Source: Ramazzottius varieornatus
Taxonomy: Eukaryota; Animalia; Tardigrada
Length of the DNA: 64,000 nt
Direction of reading: 5' to 3'
NCBI GenBank assembly: GCA_001949185.1
Contig: BDGG01000016.1
Coordinates: forward strand, 827,759-891,758
Part shown: in pieces, positions 12,264 to 23,902 of the stretch
Layout of the letters: every line of letters begins with the position of its first letter
Position numbering within the stretch: the stretch's first letter is position 1
Program-made: the position numbers and the translations under genes
Notes under the pieces: model-generated
What the model saw: the letters and a program-made list of their open reading frames with translations, nothing else
Told to the model about the DNA's origin: nothing
Databases searched by the model: none

Positions 12264-12901
12264 AAGTCATTCTGAAAAGCGGTCATTGCAGTTTGGCCTT
12301 TCAGGGTCCGAGCCACAGTGCGCGAAGTGATAAGGGTGATGTTCAACCTGTAACCTTTGATCGGCGGACTGTTCTAATCAGGACAAATTTGCGTACGGCT
12401 TTTTGTTGAAATGTTACACGTCTCGTTGTTGCGTTTTGTCAAGTACCATGCTGGCGTCCTGATAACTTTTGCCCTTTTATAATTGCAGTTGGAGGTTGTT
12501 TTGCACAGCCTCATATTTCTCCTGTCAAATCTTTCCTGACATCACGCTTGCTTTACGTGTTGTTTTTGACTTAAGCTCGAACACTGAACGCTTGGGAGCC
12601 GTCATGTGGCTCCTTACTTCCTCGTGAGGCTCATTCCGAGCCATGTTCTCCGATCTGGGAAAGATTACCAGAGGAATGGCAGCTGCCATATCAAACCTCG
12701 ATTGACTTGTTTCCTTCCACCTTACCCGAAGTTCCCCGTGTGCCTTATCAGTATGACTATCATTCCTTCGGATTTTACCCTCTTCATTCCGACTGTCCGA
12801 ATTTAGTGTTAATGTTGTCAAGTCAAGATCCGGAAGTTAAGTGGGAAAGCACAAATTTGTATCTGACCCTTGTTTGGTCGAACCCGACGTTTCTCTGCAG
12901 G

Positions 12902-13063
12902 ATGATCGAGTACTTCCTCCTCTTCTTCCTACTCTGCTTGGGTGGCGCGGTGTTCGGTCGTGGGTTCCTAACAGCGGCACCATTGAAGAAACCCCCACCG
13001 GTGTCGAGGAAGCAATCCTCGGTGAAAGCTGGTCCGGTCGAGAGGCATCGCTCCAGTTGGAAG
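12902..13063 (+). CDS. Candidate alternative first coding exon (hydrophobic N-terminus) of the downstream Z-disc gene
   Basis: ctgcag acceptor at 12900, ATG 12902, MIEYFLLFFLLCLGGAVFG..SSWK, then AAG|gtaag phase-0 donor compatible with the phase-0 acceptor at 14918. Confidence 0.4.
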
Positions 13064-14216
13064 GTAAGACTGAACAGAACGACAAGCTCGATACGAGTCT
13101 ACAAAATAGACAAACCGGGAAGATATTGCTGGACATTTTGAATGTTTTTTTTCCTGGTGGTCGTCTGGAGTGATGGAAACTCGATGGAGCAGAAACTACT
13201 GTTAGAGTGGAACTGCGGGGAGTTCTAAATACGTATGAAAGCCGTAGGCGGGATGTTATCCGACAGCCATACTAATGACTGATAAAATTAACTCAGCCTC
13301 TCTTTTCGGAATTTTTTCGAGGCCTCAACAACTCGACTCATTAAAAGATGGCTGCGCAGTCGGTCTTCGTGACGAAACATGGCACCATGCCAGACCACAG
13401 TATCAAATTACAACGTTGGGTGATAAAAAAATCTCACCACAAAAGTTACTCATCGCGGCGACGTCAAAAATTCTCAATTGAATTCAGCGCGTTGTGCCTC
13501 CTTAGGAAAGTAGCTCACATCCCAGAAATTCCTTATATCTGGTACCATGAAGAACTGAAACTAAATAATATTGAAAAAAGGATACGAATACGGAAAGTTC
13601 GCCCCGAACAGTTGCTACATGTTTTCAAATTAAGGCCGGTATCGAACTATAGGAAAGCTAACCTGAATTGGGTGATATATTAGCAATATTAGCCGCTGAA
13701 AAATTAACGATCTAGTCAAGTGTAAAATTAGACAGTCATAATCCCGTCAGTTTTTCTTCCATAAAGTCTGCCGAGTTTTGGCAAGCGAAGCTCTTAAGAA
13801 CGTCAGAAGTAGTAATGGCTGACGGAGTCACAGAGAAAGGAATGATTTACGCAACTGTTGCGAGGCATGCAGGCGCGCAGCGCCTCCTCAGTCTCTCTTC
13901 CAAGTTGGTCTTCTTTGATGGAATCATCTATTGGCTCCGCCGGCGGGAGAGACCAAGCAAATGTCACACGCTGAAGATTTCACTTGAGCTTCTCTAAAGT
14001 TTTTCTGGCATCAGCTGTGCGCAAGAAGACTGAAGTTCTTTGCGGGCAAAAGTCCAACCGCCCCATCCAATATCATTGCTAGACATTCGTGTTTGTTTGC
14101 ATAAAGGTTGTCCTCCCATATAATCAATCCCTTTCATGGTATCAAACTGTCACTGAAGGATCCAAGTTACCGGATCGATTGAGGATTGTATCGCTATTTT
14201 TGTATCGTGAGGAATA

Positions 14217-17200
14217 ATGGCGGACTCAGCTACCGCAGGTGCTCCTGTTACAGCGGACAATCTGGCTGTAGCCAACCCTGATACGTCTTCTGCGCAGGTA
14301 TGCTGTCAACAACTTGCCGAACGCATAAAAACAAAAGTTCGAAAGTCACAGCTGCTACTCTTAACGTGGAGGTATCGAAACACTACTGTCCAACTTACCA
14401 CATCGATCATCAAGTGAAGACAGTTTTTCTACAGTTTATCCTGTTCCAAGGGTGTTCGATTCAGTCATAATGAAAAGCGTTTTAGGTAGTGTGTAGACGC
14501 GCCCGTTTTCCATTGGGCGAAACCCTCTGATCGTGTTTCTCTCCGTAAAGTAAGACGACTTGAGAGCGGGAACGGTTCCCTGTACGTGCTCAAGATTGCA
14601 AGCGCTGAGCATGACGAACGCGAGCATCCCAAAATAATGTCAATTTTCTTCCATAGTAAGTCATGATAGCCTCGGTAAGCCATACTGCGTACAACCGTAA
14701 GACTGTAGTCTGACCGTAGCAAACAGTTTCCCCAGCACTTTCGATTTAGGTAATGTGGATTTGAATGACGGACAACCTTGTCGACGTTGTCGTCAGTCCG
14801 TCATCTTCATGCTTCATGCTCATAGCGTGAAACTCACATTTTTACACTTACTCACGTCAGCACACGAGTACTCTGTGGGCGAAGTTCCTGATGAGCTAAA
14901 CTATTTTCTTTTTGCAGGCTGGGCCGAATCCCACTAAAACCAATGTCAAAGATGCCGAACAGCAACCAGGAAGTACCACCAACACAAAGGAAAATACCGC
15001 GTAAGAATGTAGAAATAAAATATAAGTAAACCGAGACCAAAGCAGTACAGTTGGAAGACCGGCAAACAACCTCCATGAGATTGCTTTTCCCACGTGGCGC
15101 AAGTTTCAGTGTTATTGGCCGGAAGTTTGCGCCACTCGGGAAACACGATACTGATTGTTTCCCCAGGTGGCGCGCGATTCTAGTGTTTTTGGCTGTAAGT
15201 GTGCGCCACTTATGTTGATGATCCATACTCGTTTCGTTTGCCGGCCTCCCAGTTATTGCATCAACTTCATCTTTTGCGATATCAAAAACCCGGGAAGCTT
15301 TTTACCTAAAATTAGATGACATGATTGAATGTCTTTGTACCGTTTCCGGTCGAGTTGTTCGGGTTTCCGCAGTGACGTCGCGTCTTAGTTTAAACCGCGC
15401 CATTGTTTACGCCCCGAGTAAGACTGCCGCAGAGAGTGTTTGCAGAGGTTCTAGAACCATTAAATGATGCAAGGGTTATATAGTAAACAGTATCGGAGGA
15501 TGTGTGAAGTGAATCACATGCATACAGTAGCAAACGTGAAGCGTGCATCAAGCCACCAAATGTTATTTCTGTTCGCAGACCGAGTAAGGAAGACACGGCT
15601 ATTGGTGGTGCAGGGACGACATCCGAGAGTGTCGTATCGGATGTCAGCGCGCCACTTCCTGCTCAAGCACAGACGGCTGACAGTACCAAGCCTGTAGACG
15701 AAACATCGCCACAGAAGACCGAGACGAGTGTGTCCGATGTAAGTGATAGTAACAAACCCACCAAGTCCGACCTGCAGGCCCAACCAACCGAACCCACTCA
15801 GTTGTCCCAACCTACTGCAAACCCACCCGACACCAAAGTTGAACCTGTCAAAGCAGCCGAAGCTACTGAACAGAGTCACGAAGCCACGAAGACCGAAGTC
15901 AAGGATACCCCCCTCGATGACGTAGCCTTGAAAGACAAGCAAGAGTCCGAAGCACCACAAACGGGTGGCAGTACAGAGCAGGCGGAGAAACCCGAGACCG
16001 CAGGGAAGATTGACTCAACCACAGCAATGTCAGCTGAACAGCCGCAGTCTGGGCAAGCCAGCACGGAAGGGATGAATGACCAAGCGGGCACCGAAGGTTC
16101 GAACACGGCGGTGAGAGATGATGAAGCAGGTACAATGGCAAGATCTGAAGCGATTTCCGACAAGACGAAAGCCTTGCTGCAAACGGAGAAGGCAGAGCCT
16201 GGAACTGAAGAAGCACAAACGGTGCCTAATCAACCCAGCGGACAGGAAACTCAAGCCGAAGGAAGTCAGGCTGATAAGGTGCAGTTTGACTATACCGCGA
16301 CGGAAATACCTGCTCCAGCTGCAGAAGACGAAAAGGCCAGCGAGGACAAACCGGAAGTACCAGCTGATGAGGCTCAGAATAAAACCGAAGAAGCTCCGTC
16401 CGACCTACCGGCTGGTGACAAGGGAACGTCACAAGGTAGGAAGCAGTTCGAGGGACACGATGAACTGCTCAAGAACTTTCACAAGGTCCTGAACTCGGAA
16501 TTGAGTAAACTGACCGGTGTTCCTGCCACTGAAATTGCCACCACCGTGGGGCAGACCAAAGTTACGACTGCTCCAACCGACGAGAACAAAGAAAACTCCA
16601 ACGCAGCATCTTCCAAGCCTCTTTCACCCTTCCTGAAGAACATGTCTCGCCCACCACTCAATAACACCCAACCATCGACTAACGCTAATCATACTAATGC
16701 TAACTCTAATGTTCAGACTTCGCAGGACGGACCAGTGAAGATCAAACCCAAGGAACTTCCTCCATGGCTGGCCGGTGGCGGCCAAGCTTCTTCCACGGAT
16801 GTCGCTAAAGGTACGGGTACGGCCAGTACTGACGCGGTACAAATGGTGGGCTCGCATGAAGATACGCAAGAGGACGTAGCCAAGTCCCAGCAGGAGTACA
16901 AGAAGCAGTTTAGCGATCGGAAAAAGTTCTTCAAGCAACAGTTGGAAGCCGAGGGTGGTCTACCCATTAAGATAGCTCCTCCGCCGGCCTCGTACCGCCA
17001 GGAAGCACCTAAAGCCCTGGCGGATGTCACCCAGGTTGTCTTGTCACCCGTTATTGCCCCTCCTCAGTTACGCTTCCCCACTACAAGGTAACGGATCGTT
17101 AGTTCATTTAATATTAGTCTTTGGCGACTTGTCTTTCTCATCGCAGAAAACAGATCTATAATATCAGTTCAGTTTCTTTCTAATTAAGTAGATGACTTTT

Positions 17201-20200
17201 TCCCGAGAACTGCGCCCATTACAGCTACGATTGAAACCTAGAAAGAGTTCGAGCATATTGCTACGATATCTCCGAATGAATTGTTTCGTCAATAACGATG
17301 GTTTTGATGGATGCTAACTTTCGAGGAGACAAGGTCACTTTCTTTCACTCTCGAAGACGCCATTTTGTTTATAACACTATGATACTGGGCAAATAATACC
17401 GAAAAAGATTTTAGGTTGACATGAGACTGTTAGAACGTTCTGACTTTACCTTGTAGCGCTCCTCCACCTCAAGCACCTGCAAACACTTCCGGAGCGTTTG
17501 GGGGTCCTGGCCCTGTACCGCCTCCACCTATGCAACCCAAACCTTTTGTTGCACCACCTTCCCACTTCCAACCTACTTCGCAACCCCAAGCTCCCCAGCA
17601 CCAGTATGAGGCGCCTCACACTGACAGCGGCACCTTCCCTCCCGCGCCTGCAGGTACGCCATAGGCCCACCAGAGCGGTTTTCCGCCAAAATATTATCAA
17701 AATAAAGGCGGAGAACGATAGTGTCGACGACGACAAATTTCACAACGGATTCGATGAATTTCTCCATAAAACTCGGAAATTTGTTGTTTTTATGGTTTTC
17801 GCCACAGATTGTGTCTGAAACAATCCACAGTACAGCGTGACGGGAAAAGTTTTCTTTAACTTGTTTGCATCTAATTTCGGTCATAATTCACCTTTCACCA
17901 ATACCTATAGTTTGATATAACGATAGAAGATTAATGATGAACAAACATGATCACGTTGCGCATTTTTCTTCAGTTGGTTTCAAACATTAACTAGTGTTTA
18001 AATGCTTTGTACAAACTCGCCGTTGCGTGCGGTGTGCTTTTTCCTCGCCTCAAGCCCACCGAGCGCGCAACATTTTATTTCGTAACTCGGACGACAATCA
18101 AGAACCCAGCAGATGTGGTTTCTACAGATCAAAGCTTGGCGTCACAGCTGGTTCCACCGCCATCGATGGCACAAGATGCGCTAAGCGCCGGTATCAGTGC
18201 GCCAACGCCCTTCCCATCGCCAGCGGAAGGTACCGCCCCATCGGAACCGTCCATGCCCATGTGGAGCCCTCCAGTCGAATCGTCCACCTTCGCTCCTGCC
18301 TACAACTCAAATGCTCAACAACCAGCACAGCAGCCTGCTCCAGTGTGGACCCCGAAGTTTGACGCACGCAGCCTGGGCGCTCAACCTATGCAACCTCATT
18401 TCGTCCACGAGAAACCCAAGCTGGAGCAGTACAACGGCTACCAGCAACAAGTCCTGCAACAGCAACAGCAACAGCAACAGTATTCACCGATGCAAAGTAA
18501 CGCCTATCAACCACAACAGCAACAGTTTGGAGGAGAAAGCATGGCGAACGGGACAATGAAGCCGTCGCCGTTGCCGGACTTGATTGACATGGGTTCGACC
18601 GCCGGAGGAAAGAGTTAGTATTCCATCGCTGAGTTGATGGATTTTTTATGATTGTTGGCCGATTTTGCAGAAAAGACGTTTATGGACTCGAGCTTCTATT
18701 CCGATCGCAATGAGCTGTACCCGACATTTGAAGAGCAGGTAAAATTATGTCAGGACATTTCCTCCTCGTTGACTTCCAGCGAGAATCGGCAGTCGTTGGG
18801 GGCGCGCATGTTCACTCGTCGAAAGCAGAACGCCAAGAAATGGGTCGCCAACGGTAGGTCTTGTCGAATGGAGGATTGGGGAGGGCGGCAAACGAAGCGT
18901 ACAAGATCGTTGTCTCAGGTGGCGCACGCTTCCAGCCTGTAACAATAGAAACGTGGGCCACTTAAGATAATTGTTCTACAGTGTCCAAAATGCATAATTG
19001 TTCTACAGTGCCCATTGTTTTGATTAATGTATTGGTCTCTGAGCTACACGCGGACATTGTAGTCTTCTGAACACAACTGCTAGTCAGAAATCTGCACTAG
19101 TAGGGATGCATTTTGTACACTGTATAAGTTTGGTTTGCCGGCATCCCTTCACTGGTGCGACGAGATACCGATGATGAGCTATTCTTTCCAGGGCAAGATG
19201 GCCACGAGCAATGGCAAAGTGATGACGAAGGTGGAGAGGAAGATTCCAGCAAGCCTGCCGGTCCACCTCCCCTGAAGTACTACCTCAGTCCACGGGGTGT
19301 CGATGACGCCCAGTCGTTGATGCAGAAAGACCCGGACGTGAAGATCTTCGACGGGGTAAACACAACACACACACACCATCTAAAGCGCGCGCGCACTACC
19401 GGCACCCGCTCCCAACTGTCTTGAATGCGTGGTCCTGCCCGACTCATTTCAAGATACTGACTGACTGACCCTTGCACGTAGATACATTGCCGTAACATCT
19501 ACGATGTACACAGTTTCCTTGTTTGTTGCAGATCAGCCCCATCAGCGTGGCGGCTGTGGCTCAAGGTCTGCAAAGTCAGCGAGGGCGTGGTGCGGACTTG
19601 TTTCATAAACGGGCGAAAAAGTCGGAAGAGTGGGTCATTGATGAGACGAACGTCAAGAAGGTGCAACCGGCTCCCATGATTGACTTGACGCCACTGAACA
19701 AGATCAAGGAGCTATTGAATGGACCACAAATCAAGTACGTCCAGTCGCCCTGGGAAGCGGCCTTGACTTCGCCCATTGGCAGCTGTGACAAGGCTTTCGT
19801 CGACGCTCGACGAGGCGATGCAGGTAAGAAATGCGGGCAAATTATTCGATTCACTGGCATTGAACCATTCAAAAGCATCGAGAAGTGCAGTACAGTACAA
19901 AAAGTTATTCTTCAAGAAACAACAGCGATTACGCTGATTCGGCGTACTGCCGTGAATACGACGGAGCTGCCTTAAACATTAAGTTGAGAGTCAAAACTGA
20001 ACTGGTCCAGCCAGTACATGCAACTGTGATAACATGGTGGAAAAAAGTATACATCTGTTTTGCTGTTGTTTCGGAGAGTATTTACTTGTTTTTCAGATGC
20101 TCAAATGCAGTCACTTAGAACAAGGACGCCTTCGCCAGCCGGCACCCACAGTCCGCTGTACTCCAGCCAGCTACCGAGTGGACCTCAAACTCCTACCCCT

Positions 20201-22981
20201 CCTCCGCCGGATAACTTTTCGCGCTTGCCACGAGGATGGGGTGCTTCACAACCACAATCATCGACTCCCAAGCCATTTGGTAAGCCCAGCGCACACGTTC
20301 CATCTACCGGTGTTTCCCGCTGTGCTTCTCGATCAAATCTACTCTTATTTCAGAGTCGCAACCTGAAACACCTCAATACCCTCAACCTCCAGCGCCATCG
20401 CCCAAACCATCGGCGGCCATGTTCAAACCCCAAACACCGGAACCGACTCCACTGTCCCCCACCATGCAATACTTGCAAAGTCAAGAACCCCAGCAATACC
20501 AGCGGCCGCCCAGCCAGTTTCAGTTCAGTCCTACTCCGACACCGACCTTCAGCCAGCAGATGCAACAACAGGTGAGAACTTGGCAAATGACTCAAACCAA
20601 ATCGTTGTCCCCAGTGGCGCACATTTTCGTTGTTACTGGCTGGAAGCGTGCGCCACCTGTGGAAAACGACCCGGCTCATTCCATTTGTTCAGCTTCCAGA
20701 GAAGTTGTGGAGCCGTCGGACCTTTGAATAGTCTCATTCGAATTGCGGTCTTCTTTGCAGCTGCAAACGCCAGAGTTCGTCAGTTCGATCCACCGAGCAG
20801 GTCCACCCGTTCTCACGCCCACCCCTCCCAGTTACAACAGCTACGTGCCAACAGGTTCACAGTTCGATACTTCGCGCTCCGATATCCAAGCGGATGCCGG
20901 AGTACCCATGTATCAACCTGCGCCGACGACGGTGACTCGGCGATACAGTACGCCGTACGACTCGATGCCGCAGCAGTTTTATCAGCAACAACAGCAGGCG
21001 ACTTCGTATCAACAACAACAGAATTATAGTGGATACGCTCAGCAGCAAAACTACTATCAGGGTGGTCAAGGTCAAGGTCAAGGTAGCAAAACTGTCAGCT
21101 GGCATCCAGAGCTGAAGAAGACCTTGCATTACAGCCCACAGTCGACCGACGAGTTCCGCAAGTGAGTAGGCAATCTGTTTGGTGGAAGAAGCTCTGTGCC
21201 TCTTTGTGAAGCTTTAAAATCTAACATTCTGTGTCCAGAATGTGCCAATGTGGGATAAAATGATCGTAGAAAAAGACTAAATCCACACACTGTGACACAG
21301 TACACTGTAACTATCAATAAATAATCACAGGTAGTCTACATGAGCGTACCTCATCACAAGACTCCGCTATTTTGATCCAAGCAAAGTCTTGAGTCAAACG
21401 GGAGCTGGGCGAATGAATTGAGACAGGTGGTTGTGTCACGAGGCGCATGTTTTCATTGTTTTTAGCTGGAGGCTTTCGCGACTGACGTTGTTGCGACACT
21501 GGCGAAAGCCATCTGACTCCAGTCCAGTTCATCGTCCAATCCCCCAGATTACCACGTTGAAAATTCAACGCTTTTCTATGCTGCAGAATATATCTTGCAG
21601 AGGGTTGTTTTCCCTCTTGCAGTTACTACTCGCAGCGACACGCAATGTGGGAACGTCCACCGGAAGCCGCCACTGTTCGTCAAAACATGTCCCGCAGTCG
21701 CAGCCAGCCACCCGCAGCCTACATGGAACAACGTCAAAGCTACGGACCGTCCTACGGCAGTTCCCAACCAGCTCGCAAATGGGGCAACGACATGAGCAGC
21801 TGGCCGACTCCCGTCAGTCCTTCGCCCACTAGTCCTCGCGCAGTCAGCCGGTCGCGCACCGGCACCTGGGGCTCTAACATGCACGACTGGGCACCCAAGC
21901 CATCGACCATGCCGGGCACCACATGGAGCCAACCTCAACAGAGCTACCAGGCCCAGAATCAGAACCAGACTGCTAGCCGTCAGCGTACTGGTACGTGGGG
22001 ATCCAACATGCATGACTGGGCGCCCAAGCCGTTCGTACTGCCGGGCACCGCCTTTAGTCAACCTCAACAATCGCAGCAGAGTTACCAGAGTCAGAAAAAC
22101 AACTCGCAAGGAACTTGGGGATCGGATATGAATAGCTGGCGACAGAAAAGCCAGCAAACTCAACAGGTAACGTATCCAAGCAGAAAGTAGAAAATATGGA
22201 AAACCGCAGACAATTGTCAGCCTTGGCGCCTTGTCTGATTAATCAGCACTGTAGCTAGCCATATTGACAACTCTCTGAAGTCTGAGCTTGATAAGTGCCC
22301 GGACACAAGAGGAATCCTTTGGGGAAAAACCCTCAAGCAACGATCACTTTTTGGATACACATCGGGGACGTCGGCAAATGCTTTCACCCAGATTGTATTT
22401 CAAGTGGCACACGTTGATGCTGCAATTGGCGGGGAGCCTGCGTTACTTGGGAAAATGATCTGGGTGATTTCATTTACCGACGTCCCAATCGTACACGACG
22501 AAAGATTAGAAATCAAAGTAAAGGCCGCGACAGAGCAGTGGACTCTGGGATATATTTTATATAGTAGGCGTGTTTTCAGCAGTCTAACCAGAAGTCCTGG
22601 GCTCCGGATACGCAGTACTCAACCTCGACGTTTAAGCCCAGGTTCCCCGGTCCACAGCTGCACAAGCTGGGCGGAGCTAAGCAGTGGCCGCCGGAGCAAC
22701 CCCAACAGCAGGGCCAGTCCAAGTCCAGCTGGTACGGATCGACACCGAACTTGGCGGCCTCTGGTGCGTCGAACGGGTACGCCACCCTGCCCAGTCGTTC
22801 CCGACTGGGACAGCACCAGCAGCAGCAAAGTCACTTGATTCCGCAGACGCCCAGCTATGCCAACTACAACCGGCAGCAACCTCAAGAGAGCAGCCAATCT
22901 TCTTATGGATACGGAGGTCAACGGCAGCAGAACTCGTGGAATAGCGGACAAAGCGCCGGAGTCTATGCCGTTAATTTGTAA
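14217..22981 (+). CDS. Large synaptopodin-2/myozenin(calsarcin)-like muscle Z-disc protein
   Basis: Exons include 14217-14297, 14918-15000, 15579-17087, 17457-17653, 18128-18613, 18671-18853, ~19165-19355, 19532-19822, ~20096-20307, ~20354-20571, 20761-21161, 21623-22166, 22580-22981. Motifs DSSFY..YPTFEEQVKL..GARMFTRRKQNAKKWV, GRGADLFHKRAKKSEEWVIDE and SPWEAAL; the rest is P/Q/S-rich. Confidence 0.7.
15051..15252. repeat. Fold-back family A, dimeric copy (intron)
   Basis: Outer arms ttggaagaccggcaaac / gtttgccggcctcccag enclose two cores (spacers 24 and 25 bp). Confidence 0.8.
18876..18975. repeat. Fold-back family A copy, right arm truncated (intron)
   Basis: caggtggcgcac-N25-gtgggccactt. 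Confidence 0.75.
20572..20698. repeat. Fold-back family A copy starting at the splice donor
   Basis: tggcaaatga..cagtggcgcac-N25-gtgcgccacctgtggaaaacga..catttg. Confidence 0.85.
21399..21520. repeat. Fold-back family A, degenerate copy (intron)
   Basis: gggagctgggcgaatgaatt..aggcgcat-N25-tttcgc. Confidence 0.45.
22363..22488. repeat. Fold-back family A copy (intron)
   Basis: ggggacgtcggcaaatg..cacccagat..caagtggcacac-N25-..cttgggaaaatgatctgggtga..catttaccgacgtcccaa. Confidence 0.85.
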
Positions 22982-23902
22982 AAGATGAAAAAAAGAATTT
23001 GTGATTGATGTTCTATGGGTGAATATTTTCAAAGTTTTGGTTGCGTCAAAGAATGCAGGGATGTGGATAGCTGCGCCAAAACAGGTGAGCTTAATTTTAG
23101 CCCTCTACGATGGAAACTGATGCTAGCACAGGGAAGTATTTCGTTGTGTTTATGAGTACAGTACCAGACATTTATTCCTTTTTGTCTTTTCACTTGCAGT
23201 CCTTCCCTTCCCCCATTTGTCTTTGCTGTGTCGTGACATGAGGAAAAAGTCTGTATCGCGGTAAGTGGACAAGAGGCTTTTGCTGTTTACAAACGGAGCA
23301 GGGTCTGAAATGATTGTCCACTGAAATTTATGGAGGTTCACGGATTTTATATCATTTTGGCTATTGTCATTTGAAAGCAAAAACAAGAAAAAATCGTAGC
23401 AAAATTCATGTTCGTCCTCGGCTCGAAGGGCAATATTGTGAAGCGAATTCTTTCAGCATTGAAAAAGCCGTAAATGATTATGAGCATCCTTCAGTTCGAC
23501 TGACCCATCAGTAAAAGCGAAATAGAAAAGTTTTGCAACGGCAAATAACTTGTACAATAAACCCAAAAAAAGTCTTCACAGTCCGTGTCCATCCCGGAAG
23601 TCACCGTAGTTTTTCGCCTACTCTACATATCCGTTATTAACGTGCGCTGCAAAAACAAACTACCTGGTTATTCTGAAACAAAGCCTCTTTTCCTTGGCGG
23701 AAGGGGATGGATTGAGGTAAAGTTTTTACCCAGGACAAGGACAAGGATGATGAGAAATAAACCGCAGAATAACCCATGCAAAGAGTATAAAAAGTCTCTA
23801 ATCTAGAAGATCACCAGTGTATTATTATTCTTTTGTAAAAAATAATAAAAACATAACGACTCTGGTACAACAAACAAGCAGCAAACAGCGACGCTCTCGG
23901 TC

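Noticed and set aside
18967-19010. 17-bp direct repeat ataattgttctacagtg
   Set aside because: Local duplication at the broken arm of a family A copy; no sign of independent significance.
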